A model generated the notes under the pieces. That model did not search any database. It was not told where the DNA came from and saw only the letters and a list, made by a program, of their open reading frames with translations. DNA of 34,930 bases. Source: Catajapyx aquilonaris (lineage: Eukaryota). The DNA lies in assembly GCA_000934665.2 (NCBI GenBank), contig JYFJ02004082.1:1-34930 (forward strand), written 5' to 3'. Of the stretch, positions 1-12,714 are shown in pieces. The position numbers and the translations under genes are program-made. The first letter of the stretch is position 1, and the number at the start of each line of letters is the position of its first letter.

Positions 1-482
1 CCGAGTGAAACTGCCCAGGGGCCCATTGAAGCCTCGCTACGGGCCTGACATCAGTATACCCTGGGGTCCAAAAAGGACACCACGTTTCAAGTTAGCGGTT
101 AAAGAACCCATTGTTTTGAAATATTTATTATGTGTTGTATAAGTATTTATAGTGAATGTCACATTTTTATTGTGTGATATTTCGCGGGGTGAGAATTACA
201 AGGTTGTAACCGGTTGTATAACTGCAATCACCCTGCGATTATAAGCTTATTTATGCTCATTTATTGTCTTGGGTTTACCAGACAGCTGGATACACCTTTT
301 GGAGGATAGTCATGATTGTGTCATTATTTGCACAAAACATGTCAACTTGGCATTGGGCTACTGACACACATAGTATGTGTCAGCCCAATGCCAAGTTGGC
401 ATGTTTTGTGCAAATAATGACACCGGGAACCTGTACACTGGTTCACTCACCTGACAGTTGATGATCAACTGTCAGGTGAGAC

Positions 483-679
483 AAAGGGGGTAACAACTTT
501 GTGGAACTGGTGTACAGGGTCCGACAGGGTCCCTGTGGAACCGGCCTGGAACAGGACTGTGGAGCCAGCTTGGAACTGGGTGGAAGCACCCGGTTCCGCA
601 GGAACTGGTGTACACTTTTTTGGGGAGTTGTTACCAAAGATGGTTGCTTGGATGGTTGTTACCGGTTGTTACCCCCTTG
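483..679. mobile_element. 197-bp MITE with 8-bp TSD (hAT/P-like)
   Basis: TIR AAGGGGGTAACAAC / GTTGTTACCCCCTT, TSD GGTGAGAC at 475-482 and 680-687, internal GGAAC-type repeats. Confidence 0.7.
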
Positions 680-1895
680 GGTGAGACTTTTGGCTCCCTT
701 GCACATCATTGTTATCCAGGTCTCCTGTAGTGTTTAACTACCCAATACAAGGCAACTTTTGTGTAGAAAACCCCAACTGTGCCCATGGTCTTAGAATACA
801 CTGTGCCTTCTCTGGGAACTGGCAAATAATGGCAATATTTATTACTCAGCCTAGCCTCAGCTTCAGGCTCTTTGCCATTGTTTCATTCACAAAATGCTAT
901 GTTTTAAAATGTACGGTATTTTTAGGCGAAATCCGGTAATTTTCACTCTCGTGATACGGTAGTGTCTACGGGTCAGGTTGGCAACGCTGACCAGGGTACC
1001 AGGGAATCAGCGCTGCATGTGGCCAAAATAAAAACCGATTGAGTATTGAGGAAAGGCCTGACATACAGGCCCTCTAGCATAATATATGGGTTGCAGTGCA
1101 AAAGCAGGAGAACAGAAAAAAAAGGAAAAAAGAAAACAGAAAGGCAGGAAGGAACCGATGATGGTGGTGGTGGTGGGTTTGCGGATAAACAGCTGATACA
1201 ACCAAGTTTGTGCAATGGTTGTCCGAAGTTTCCAACCAGCGGCGGCTAATTCCACGCCAGTTTTATGGCACCATTCAGCTGGTGAGACAAATTTCAACCT
1301 GTTTTTCATTCATTCAATATAGTGTGGTTGTAGAGATAGGATGAAAACATGGGATGGGTTTTTCATCCTCTTGCTAAGTCTGTGCAAGAAGCCTTGCAAG
1401 AAGCCTGATTCTGCTGATCAGGAGACACCCACAAGCTTTTTCATGGGTTAACGTGGTTACCAGTCATTGACATGGTACAGGCCGGTTTGTCTACTGCTAG
1501 TTTGCAGTACCGCTGCCATAACCAGTAGGCATGGTAACCCATAAGCTTTTGGATAACAGAAGCAAGACTCGGCTAGCACAGTCTTAGCAGGAGGATGAAA
1601 AACATGCCATCACAGGTTATATGGAGTATGTTGGGCTGTTTTTGGAAGGTGTTTGAAGGTGTAATGTTAGATATACTGTTGATAGAGATTGAGTTGACCT
1701 GACCCAAGAGCATATTGATATGGTTGGGCAACTGTGATTTAAAGGCCACATGTAGTTGGGTGTATGTTCTCGAGCGAGAGGTGTGCTGCATGGCCTGGTA
1801 AGGTTAGATATGATACATGGGTCGTGCATGTGTGTTGTGGCAATAATAGTTTTCTTTAGTCTGTCAGCTCTTTGCTATGTTCATATATCACTGTA

Positions 1896-2609
1896 CAGTA
1901 AAACTTCCATAAGTCGAATCTCCATGGGACCGGGAAAGCGATGGAAAAAGCGGGAAAAAGTGCGTCTTCGCGTGATCGTGATTTTGGTACCCCTTCAAAG
2001 AAATATTAATATCTCGATAACTAAATTTAATCTGGTAAAACTGATTGCTCCATAAGAGTTCAATTGGATGTGGGTTTCACATATATTTTTTTCAAAAAAA
2101 TCGATGACTATGACCTGACACCTTTTTTCACTCACTGGCTGATCTGAAATGGAACCACCCTATAAGGAAGTACCTTTATATCCAACGAAGAAAGCTGTTC
2201 AAAACTTAAAAATAACTGTCACTATTACACTTACAATGCGTTTTTTTGTTGTAAAAAGATCTCCGTTATGGACATTTGCCTACTCTTAGATTCAAGCGGA
2301 TTCAATTGTCACAATCGAGGCAAACACTTCTTTTGGTACGTCTGTGGTAGACGGAGATCAGGAAATTGAGCCTTTCGGTGCATGTGGCCTACTCTCGACC
2401 CTTCAGCTAGAAAATGAGACAATTTTCCGTACTCGCCAACATGAACTTCGACTTAGGGAGACTGAAAATGCATCGTAAGACCCTGCCTGGACTTCGAGTT
2501 TATTCCTATTATTCCTATTATTTTACATTGTGACCAACCAAGCTCATCCATTTCTTCGACTTATAGAGAACTTCAACGTAGGGAAGTTCGACTTACAGAA
2601 GTTTTACTG
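1896..2609. mobile_element. Tc1/pogo-like MITE family A, copy 1 (carries a fragment of family B)
   Basis: TA|CAGTAAAACTTC...GAAGTTTTACTG|TA; near-identical body at 20085-20653. Confidence 0.85.
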
Positions 2610-3018
2610 TATTTGGCTTTTTGCCATTGGAGCCCTAGGGTGATTCCAAGATCAGAGACAGGATTTTCGGTAATGAGTGTGCTTTTTTGTTGGGATGGAT
2701 TTTATAGGGTAGCAGCCAGGGTTGGCTGATTTAAACCATGGTTTAAATCAAGTGGTAAAAAAAACCATCATGGTTTCTTTCATGAAAAGTTATCCCAATT
2801 ACTGCTGAAATTTACTTATGTTACTACAAAATTATACAAATTAAATCATTCAGTAATCTATTTAAATTAACCTAACGAGTAGGGTCAAGTGGGGTAAAAT
2901 GGGTAGTTTTTAATACATAGGGTACTTCCTTTGTTACTGACACTACAGAGATGAAAAAAGGGTCCTCAAATAATATTTTTGTTAAGTTGCATGCTTTGTG
3001 AATACATGAAAAACTCTC

Positions 3019-3368
3019 CCAATTTTATTTACACTTATTAGATTAGTCTAAATATTTTTTCACTAAGCTACAGTGTGGAAAATGAAAGGGATCTGACCTT
3101 ATCAAGGTTTCCATGGGAAATACCCTCACACAACAGTATGAGTAAACAATATCAACAAAAAAGAACAATGAGTAACAAAAGAGTAACAATAAAATAACAA
3201 TATTACTTATTGTTATTTTATTGTTACTCTTTTGTTTCGCTGCGGCAGCGGCTGAGTTTAGCAATGTACTCAAGATGTAAGAAACGATGATGTCAGATCG
3301 GCGTTTCGTTTTCGTCACTGTAGCATAGTGAAAAAATATACTAATCTAATATGTGTAAATAAAATTGG
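3019..3368. repeat. Inverted repeat (about 55-bp arms), probably a MITE
   Basis: CCAATTTTATTTACAC..ATTAGATTAGT...TTTTTTCACTA.GCTACAGTG and its reverse complement at 3317-3368. Confidence 0.6.
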
Positions 3369-3647
3369 ACAGTTCTCTGTTTTTGTAGGTAACGATTCTT
3401 GAAGGGATATTATTATTATACAATATAGGTATGAAATTGCCCTTTTAATTTTCTTACTGGAGATTTTTAAGCAAAATGGGGTAAAATGTGAATTTCATCC
3501 CACGAGTTACCAATTTTATCCTCACCCCTGGGATAAATATTGATATAAAACATGAGTGCAATATTTTTGTTATAATGTTTAATTGTTCATAAAATATGAA
3601 AAAAGTAAGGCATTCTTCTTTCAATAAACTTATTGTATAAAGTAAAT

Positions 3648-4716
3648 ACAACAACAACAACAACACGACATTTCCCTATGAGGGGTAGTCAGCGATGAAG
3701 GGAGACGCAAGCTAACCCAACATATGAACTAATAAAACTCATGAGAATAAACCTAAAAACAACCTGTCCCACCCCCCACCCCTGCCCACCTCAGACATCA
3801 CCTTACCCTCAGACATATTTACCTATTTACCCATTAATTAACCTACGCCATTTACACCTATCCAAACAAACAACCCTAGCCTCAGCCACGTCCATGGTCC
3901 TATTGACACAAGAACGTCTCGGCTTAACACTAGCAACACTCGTAAGACACTGACCCACCTGGTCCAACCATGTCTTCCTAGGCCTACCCTTGCCCCTCAT
4001 ACCAACTACTCCACCCAAATAAACCTTCTTCACAATCTCCTCCTCCTTCATCCTCTCCACATGGCCAAACCACCTTAGAGTAGACCTACACACCTTATCT
4101 TTAAGAGTCTCCTTAACATTACACCTATGCAAAATCTCCTCATTCCTAATCCTATCGAACTTGGTAACCCCACAAACAGCCCAGAGATAACGCATCTCTG
4201 TAGCCAACACCCTACTCTTATGAGTATCTGACAAAACCCACGCTTCACTACCATACATAAGTGAAGGAACAATAACGTGAGAATAGACAGACAACCTACA
4301 GGCAGAAGATAAGTCCTTATTTCTAGAAAACTTACTTGTGGCACCTATTACTTTCAACCCAGAACTAACTCTCCTGTCAATCTCCCCATCCATTCTACCA
4401 TGACTCTCAAGGACACTACCCAGATATACAAACTGGTTGACCTGCTCAACCAGTTTTCCTCGTACCTGCAACATACAAGGAGAAACCTGCTGTCCCCTCT
4501 CAAATACCAATACCTTAGTCTTATCTACGTTAATCCTCATACCCCTCTTTTCACAAACATTATCTAACTTGCATAGGATCAACTGTAAATCAGCCTCACT
4601 CTCTGCCAGAAGGGCAGAATCATCTGCATACAGCAAGTGACTAACTCATCACCAAACTGCACTCCTACACCTTCAACCATGGCTTCCCTTACACATGCAT
4701 CTAAGTACATATTCAT
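3648..4716 (-). mobile_element. 5'-truncated RTE-clade non-LTR retrotransposon (RT C-terminal part, 3' UTR, (TTG)n tail)
   Basis: ORF 3827..4636 has LYADD, INVDKTK, FVYLGS, LMYGSEAW, DRIRNEEI, LRWFGHVERM and RGKGRPRKTW, typical of RTE RTs. There is a frameshift near 4650; the tail repeat is at 3648-3665. Confidence 0.92.
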
Positions 4717-5304
4717 GCATTATGAAATATGTTAAAATATCCTGAATATGTACCTAGAGAACCTTGGAGAACCATATGCGGAGTTTTCCGAAATGCCAGA
4801 AAGCTGCAAATAAGTATTAATTAATTTCTCGCAAAGTACGACGATTTCAGAAAATCCTCTGGTATGGTTCTCAAAGTTGTTATTCCACATATTTTCATGC
4901 ATTTCATAAATTAAATCAGCCTAAAAGTTGGGCGGCAGTAGTCCAATTTCGAGTTATTATAGCCCTTTTTTGGAAATTAATTTAGGGACTTCTAGACGAG
5001 TAAAATGGTTCCAGACACATTCATAGGGTTTTCCCAGATCTCGTAAGTATAGCTGTTATTATTTGCAAAATACCTTGTCCGTATCTTCGGAGTACGCGTA
5101 AGCGGAAAACTGTGTGGTTCGGGCCGATCTGGGGCTGAAGGGGTTAAAAAAAGACAAGTTGAGAATTCAGTGGTCATAACAAGTTGAGCATTTCACATTT
5201 CTGAAGGTACCCAAGAACCATTTTGGGAGGTGAGCGATCTACGTCATTGGATTTTACATTTTTGGCTCATTCTTGTGACACACTAAGTTTGAATAGACAG
5301 TAAA

Positions 5305-5596
5305 TAAGGGAGGCATGGTGGTCTCGTGGCTATGCTACCAACCAAGCAGGAGGTCCGGGGTTCAAATCCCGTGTCCGTCACCTCTGCTTGGTCAGGTCTT
5401 TTTCCGCTGTTCACCCAACATGTCCGGGCAGAATTGCACTCCCTTCTCTGCCCAGGGCCAAGAGAAAAGGTCTGGTATTTAAGAGGGTCAGAAATGGCTA
5501 GAAATTAATTAAGAGCACCCTCCCTTAGGAACCTCCCCTTCCCACCTTAAAAGGGCCCAAGGCCCAATCACAGGGTATTACAAACAAACAAAAAAA
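5305..5596 (+). mobile_element. tRNA-derived SINE with target-site duplication
   Basis: A box TGGTCTCGTGG (5319-29), B box GGTTCAAATCC (5359-69), (CAAA)n/A tail, and 10-bp TSD AGACAGTAAA at 5295-5304 and 5597-5606. Confidence 0.85.
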
Positions 5597-8500
5597 AGAC
5601 AGTAAAGGATGACCAAATGTACTCCCCTTACGAGTAACTGAATATATCTCGTATAGCAATAAACTTACATAAAAAGTATGTAATCCTGAGAATTAGGCTA
5701 ACATTCTAATTGAGGACTGTGCCTTTAATCATTTAATGGAAGCCATACTTTTAAAAAAATGCGACACTTGTTCCCATCCATTTCCATAATATTTCAATGA
5801 GGCTGATGCCATTTTGAATGGGGCTAGAAGTTACTCAGGATTATGGCTGAACACAGTCCATGACACAAAGTCAACTTGGTGGTAAGCTGCAGTCATTTTA
5901 AACAGCTCCAACTTAATCCTTTTAATAGGCCTCTTAGCAGAAGCTGCTTTTATGAGCAGTGCAGGTGTTGCATTTTGAAATAATATTATGATATGCTATT
6001 GATAGTTGCCTACAGTATATAACGTCATTTATCTGACAAAAGGACGAATTCAACATTTTCCTCCACCTCCACCACCCCTACCTTATCTGAGTGTGACCCA
6101 CTATGGGAGTTGGGGCATTCCAAGTGGGTGGCATTCAGACGGGTGATTCCATGTCAAAACAATCCAAGCTTTATGAAGTGGTGGTGCTACCACTTAGTAT
6201 TTCAATGATAAAAAATCATGAGAAATTCCTCCACCAAAGCGATTGCCAAATCTGAAATAATAGCTATTTAGAACAGAATTTGACAAATATGTAGCCATTA
6301 AAATTACCATTTTTACTGCATTAGGAATAATCTATTCCCAAACTGAATAGCAGAATAGGTGGGAATAAACGTGTCTATCAAAAATCTTATTCAGAAACAC
6401 ATTCCAAATTATTCCCTGCTATTCCTGAGGACACTGTGAGAACACTCCAGATGCCAGCATAAATATTTGAAACTGCACCTGCCTGACTTATAAATCACAA
6501 CCTGCAGTAAATTTTTTTTGGACTGATTCTATTCATCATTGACTGTCACCTAACTCAATACAGAATCACAAATTATAGTGGGGTGACTATAACATTATGT
6601 GAAAAGGAGGGGACTACAAGGAGAGGGTTGCGTTGTGGGCGTTTCCAGACATTCTGGTATTTGATGTGTTCTTATGAGGGAGTAAGGAATCAAATCCCCA
6701 TTTCTAATATAATGCTACAGAGATTATGCATATTTATTTTGGTGTGGGAAGGCAGGTGAGAGAGAGAAGCAAGGGGCACATAGCTGACTGCATAAAATTT
6801 AGTATTATCTATATGAGCCTTGAGGCGTAATTGAGTGCAAGGATGTGGCAATGGTTTTAATTCCACCCAAGTAGTGTGAAGGGAATATTTCAAATTGGTT
6901 TTTACTCTCTTCAGTTCAGCTGAACGGACAGGAAGAGTGCATTTTTCATTCACAATTTTTGATAACCAGAAGTCTAACATTATCGGTAGATTGATGATGA
7001 TGCTAGTAGTAGTAGTAGTGAATACACTAATTCAAAACATTTTAAGCATTAACTTTTGCTAGTTTGCATTGGCTGTTTTCAGAATAATTGTTATTGAAAT
7101 TATGGGGACATGGTGGACATGGTTATGCCCCTAGGGAGCCAAGCCAGAGGTAGGAGATTTTAGTCCCAGCTCCAGTGGGGTCTGGTCTCTCTGACTTTAT
7201 TTAAACATGTCTAGGCAGATTTTCTCTTCCATCTCTTTTCCCAGGAGCAAGAAAAAGAAGGCTAGTGATTTAAGCTGGTTTGTACAGACTGGAAAATTAT
7301 TGGTTGGTCCTTACCACCTCAGTGCAACTCCGTTTTTTTCACATAGGTTTCCCCCTCCAACCCCCGTGACTTTCGAGAGGCAAGGCGAGGCTTATCAGTA
7401 GTTAGGTAGGGTGCCGCAGCCGCATTGCTTGAGTTTGTGCCGCTTTTGTCCCGTTTTTTAAAGTGCTCTGCCCAGGAGCACTCCATCTTGTAAGCTAGTG
7501 GGGGAGGTGGGGGGGAGGGGGGTATCCACGTTCTCATGATCCGTTCTCAATTGAAGACCTATAGTAAAAAAGGTAGTAAGTGCCGAAAATGGAGATATGC
7601 AGTAAAAACAGAAGTAAATGCCAAGGGCAATATTGTAAAATAGGCATCAAGTGCCAGAAGCAACCCGAAGTAGTTTTTCTTGCAGTCAATAGAATGTTAT
7701 TTCATATGTCACCCCATAGTGATGCCAGGAGAAAAACATTATTTTCTCCATTCTCCCAAAATGGCACTTACTACCTTTTTTACTATAGGTCTTCAATTAA
7801 TAGTAATAATTTTCGCCACAGTGAGGGGTGTTGCCCCATGCACTGTGGCGCAGAACTGGCAGGGTGGGACTCAGGAGATCTACGCGATAAGGGGGCTAGT
7901 TGCCCGACCTGTATATATATACCAAAACTCCTCGGCCGTGGTCCGTACCATGGGAATATTTCTTCCCAAATACATCAGTATACAATCAATCACCATTTGA
8001 GTGATAGGCCTGAAAATACTAAGCAGCACAACCTAAATTGTCATCATCATCATCACTATAATTGTACCGGTACTTGAAACATTTCTGTGGTCATCTTAAG
8101 TTATATTATGATGTATTTGATTATATGAGATTAGTGGTCAAGGTAATTTTGTGTCCCCTGACTGTGGACAGTTAGCGCAATCGTATTTGTTACTGTCCAG
8201 AGAGGGCTGCATTTTCCTGAAATTTTAACCTCCACAAAGTCCTGGTACCACCAATGATTCCTCCCAGGATAACTGTTGGTATGCAGGTCCTAAATTTTTC
8301 CACAGGTGGAGTTAGAATGTTGGACCTGTTGTGTCATATCACAATTTCTGTCCTATTTTGATATTTATGTAAGAGGCAGCAATTCATTATTAGAACAACT
8401 GGTGACTGTTCCCATTTGACCAGAGGTCAAAGGAGTTTAAATGTAGCTTCATGTAGACGTTATTATTATTCATAACATGTACAAATGCCTTCAAGTTAGG

Positions 8501-9121
8501 CATTGGTATGTGAATCAGTATAACTTTTGTGTAGATATATTTTCCCTAGAGTATGCATTTTAAAATGTTATGCTGGTAACTTTTCTTGTGGCTAGGCTCA
8601 CAAAAATAGTTTTTTTAAAGCTGTTACTACTCTTACAATCAAAGAGTAGATTTTGGATTATCACAGCCTTGTTGAAGTGCCCTGATGCCTGTCCACCCAT
8701 TCAAACGTCATCCTCCCTCACACACACGTCCTCACCACTTGGCCCCCCTATTTAAAGGTTTTATACAAGTTCTGGTACTTGAAATATTTTCCTTTTAAAC
8801 TGTGTAATGTTAGTTACCCTCCCTGCCCTAGAGGAGAGTGTTGTCAAGTTCACAACTACTAAACTTTCTCTCATAACACAAGATAATGACCCTGAGGAAG
8901 ACAGGAAGGGGAGGGAAGAGATGCAGGAGAGCAATATTGAAGTGAAAGTGTTGCAAAGGTCGTTCAGTACAAAAAAAAGCTGCAAATTTCTGAGGCAATA
9001 TGCAAAAGTTTACTAGGGCATGATTTATATTCTATGTAGCTGATCTAGTTATCCTAGTTCTTCTCTCCCACCCCTCCTCTCTTTTCTCCCCCATACCTTG
9101 TCCCACTGTAAAATTGTAGTA

Positions 9122-9435
9122 GGGTGGTTCCATTTCAGATCAGCCAGTGAGTGTCAAAAGTTGTCAAGTTATTATTCCAAAACCATGAATTTAAAATTTC
9201 ATATCGGTTTTCGGAACGGTTCTGGAAACATACTCATTGAAAGGAATGGAAAAAGTGCATCTTCCCGTCATTGCGATTTTGGTATCCCTTATAATATCTC
9301 GATAACTAAATTTAATCTCGTAAAACTGATTGCTCTGTAAAGGTTCAATTGGATGTGGGTTTCACATATATATTTTTCAAAAAAATCGATGACTAGGACT
9401 TGAAACCCACTGGCTGATCTGAAATGGAACCAACC
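9122..9435. mobile_element. MITE family B
   Basis: TIR GGGTGGTTCCATTTCAGATCAGCCAGTG / CACTGGCTGATCTGAAATGGAACCAACC; its right part recurs at about 1950-2160. Confidence 0.8.
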
Positions 9436-9557
9436 AGTAGAGTTCTCTGGAATTTTATGGAACCTCATTCAGTTAATCCTCTGTGCTTGCATGAGTTTTA
9501 TTTTGGGATTTCCCACTCTCCAAAATTTCCTAAACATAAAGGTCAGGGCTGCTTCCT

Positions 9558-9560
<3 letters not shown>

Positions 9561-9590
<30 letters not shown>
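9561..9590. repeat. (TC)n microsatellite
   Basis: About 15 TC units, seen directly. Confidence 0.95.
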
Positions 9591-9592
<2 letters not shown>

Positions 9593-10884
9593 CTGCTCCC
9601 TACACCCCCNCAAGGTGTCTTGGCTCTCCAATCAGTTCTGATGGGATGAGGAGGAGTATAATATATGTCGAGGAATTTGCCATGCAGTATAATTTGTTAT
9701 TACTGTATTCTTATTTGCTTTTTAAATAATGTCGTGGATATGCGAAGGAGTAGGTCAAAATAAACTGTTGTTTTTTTTCAACAAACTGGGAGATGTGAAA
9801 TGTTTGGGAAGAACATTTTACCAGATAATTTCAGTTATTTCTCAGGCTCTTATTTGCCTATTTTTGGCCTTTTTAGTTTACTGAAGAAAAGATGGTGGAA
9901 GGTTTCAAGAAGCAGAAAATCTTTGGTAAGGCAGACATAATTATGCAGAAGAAGTAATTCTGATGCAATTCAGTATAATGTTTTATTTGTCAGTAGATGT
10001 TTAATACTTGTTATTGGCTGCAATATAAGTCAATAATTATCTAAGATAAATGTCACTGAGAAGAAGAGTGTATTAAGAACTGCTCCTTATGTTGCAATTT
10101 AAATGTTTGTAATTCAAGTCACATTCAATACTGTACCAGGGTAGAAGTAAGCTATACGGCAGGGAAACTCCCACAAAAACCTGTTATGAATGTCAACTAT
10201 TGCTCCAAGCAGTGAGCTTGCATAACTCCTACTTGCCATGCTTTGGCAGTGTGGAAAGCACATAACTTAGCTGCTGGAAGAGGGGCTCATAAAATTTCAC
10301 TATAAAATTAGAGTTACCTGCATTTTTTCTACCAGGTGATAATAATTAGGTGTTTTTAATGTAGAGTGGTCTGATACAAATTCACGAATGCACGATATGA
10401 GAAAAGTATGTTAAGTAGCAATTGCAATTTAATATATGCTCCTAAGCATGGTAATTGTTTCTGCACTTGAAGGGAACAGGTTGTTTTGTAGCTAACTGGA
10501 TCTGCACAGCCTGTTAAGCTCATTCCAATCTCTGAAGCCACTTTTTCAGAAGGACAGGGTGAGACCATCTGAAAAGAGATATGGACACTTTGCAGCTTGT
10601 ACTTAAATAATCAATTTCGTATTATTTTGGAGAAAAATTAAAATTTCCACATGTGCAAAAAACTGTTAGTTTTCGGAATAAATATGATGCACTTGTAATT
10701 TTATATTCATTAGCAAAACAAGGCATTGAGCCTCAGCAAAATGTGCGCAAAGCATATTAATTGCATTCAGCTCATAGTTAATCGAGAGCGAAACCAATGG
10801 TGCCAGATCCAGTGATTTTCACCTAGGGCGCTCTTTTTAAACCCACCCACCCAAAGAGTGCATTATCGAGCGGGAGACAAAGGG

Positions 10885-11632
10885 TTAGGTGCAGTCAATA
10901 AATTATGAGCCATATTTATTGTGGAAAAACTATGTGACCGACAATAACACCGATTGGCAGGGATAACCTTCAAACCTCAAAGAAAATTATGCCCATGCAC
11001 ATGTTTGGCTAGAGAGAGCAGGTGTTGCATCATGTGATCGAAAAGGAAGTGACCCGTCGAAAGTGCCGTCCAGTCAATAAAAACTGGGCTGAAGGCAATA
11101 TCAATGTAACATTTAACTTTTTTCAAAAGTACTGCCTGTGATAATTTAGACATTTATCCCACTGAGACACTTGGCATACAAAGGACTGCTCATAGAAGTC
11201 CTTGGGTTGTTCCTGGAACCATATCCACAACTCTTCCTCCACTTCATCATCCATCTGGAATCCGCCTCCGCTCAAAGCTACCTTCAGTTCACCAAAAACG
11301 TTTAAGTCATAGGGGAACAGGTCGGTACCGTAGTGTGGGGATGGCAGAGGACTTCTATTTCAATTTATGCACAAGATCTTTTATGAAATTTGCTGTATGG
11401 GGCCAGGAATTATCATGGCATTCTCGCATTCAGGGATTGCACTTGGACGGCACTTTTGGCAGGTCGCTTCCTTTTCGATCACGTGATGTGACTCCTGCTC
11501 CCTCTAGCCGCACATGTGCATGCACATGATTTTCTTTAAGGTTTGAAGGTTATCCTTGCCAATCTGCATTATTGCCTGTCCCATGGGTTTTTTACAATAA
11601 ATACAGCTGTTTAAAAAATTGACTTCACCTAA
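10885..11632 (-). mobile_element. Mariner-derived non-autonomous element with about 190-bp inverted arms, copy 1
   Basis: TTAGGTGCAGTCAAT...ATTGACTTCACCTAA ends. The minus-strand remnant HDNSWPHTA...YGTDLFPYD..VFGELK...F..DDEV...W...QPKDFY...QWDKCL matches the mariner HDNARPH / YSPDLAPSD region. Confidence 0.85.
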
Positions 11633-12714
11633 TAACAAAATGTGTGCAGTACAGTAATGATGAAGCACCTCCCAGTAAACTATTCTTTGTTTTTTAATGG
11701 AGTACTACAGGGTATCCAAATATGCAAATAACTGATGAGGTTTTAAAAATCATAATTACCTTCCACAATGCATAGCCCGTTAAGATTGTGAGAGTTGTTA
11801 GGCAGCAACAGCAAGGGCTACTTCTTCAATTAATTTATGTTTAATGGAACTCATCAGTTTGGAGCAATACTGTCATTTTCAGAAGGAAAAGATAACTGGC
11901 TTGATGTGAGGATTATTGGAATATCTGAATGGGATATGGCAGATGTAGGACTAAATGCTTTGCTGTTATGGCTGTCCTGTACTGCTTTTTGTGAGGATTC
12001 CATGTTATGCATATAATAATTTTTGACACCACTGGTGTACACAAAATTTGTACCATGCTCCTAAATTTTCATGTGAATTGTACCTCCATGTAATTGACAT
12101 ACAAATCCTCTTTGTCAATAGCTTAAGATGCATTATTTTTTTTGGCTACAATGTCTACCAAATATGAAAGAAAACTGTTCCTTGTAACTTAGTTTTTGCA
12201 GAACTATGAAAAATATTTCAGTTCTAAATGATTTCAAATTGAATTATGTGGTAATGAAAAGTAATTAACACAGTCAATTAGGAATGTCAGTATATGATGT
12301 TGTTATACTATGCCCTTGGAATTTTATAATTTTATAACTCGAATTGAGCAGAGAATTCTGCAAGCAGGCATATGCAATTATTTCTCGTGCCCCTTGTGTG
12401 ATATAGTTGTACAGGGTGATATTTTAGATGCAACCCACATGTTTGTCTGTAGATTTGAATTGATGGACAAAATGTGATAAACCATAGTTGTACCATATCT
12501 TTTTCTTCCCTTACAAAGTAATGGCTCATAATGTTGAAATTGACCACCTTGCTTCCTATAGACATTAGAATGCATTGGTGCATGATTTTGGTGGGGCATG
12601 TTAGACATCACACTTCATGCTCTAATGAACACTTCATAATTATTGAATACTGGGACATTGTATCCCAACATATTCTGAAAATTGAATGTATGTGTCGTAG
12701 GATATGAGCTACTA

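Noticed and set aside
500..612. Repeated (T)GGAAC units resembling a CRISPR-like array
   Set aside because: The units are short, degenerate and irregular, lie inside a MITE with TIRs and a TSD, and the context is eukaryotic with no cas genes.
5308..5380. tRNA gene
   Set aside because: A and B boxes are present but there is no complete cloverleaf; the SINE body, A-rich tail and TSD identify it as a SINE head.
7580..8077. 165-aa ORF, the longest non-TE ORF in the track
   Set aside because: GTG start, no recognisable domain, an overlapping ORF in another frame, and low-complexity repeats; probably non-coding or TE-derived.
9846..9925. Possible exon with ATG (MVEGFKKQKIF) and a GTAAGG donor
   Set aside because: Its phase does not join any NAA60 acceptor in frame. 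It could be a UTR exon but nothing supports that.
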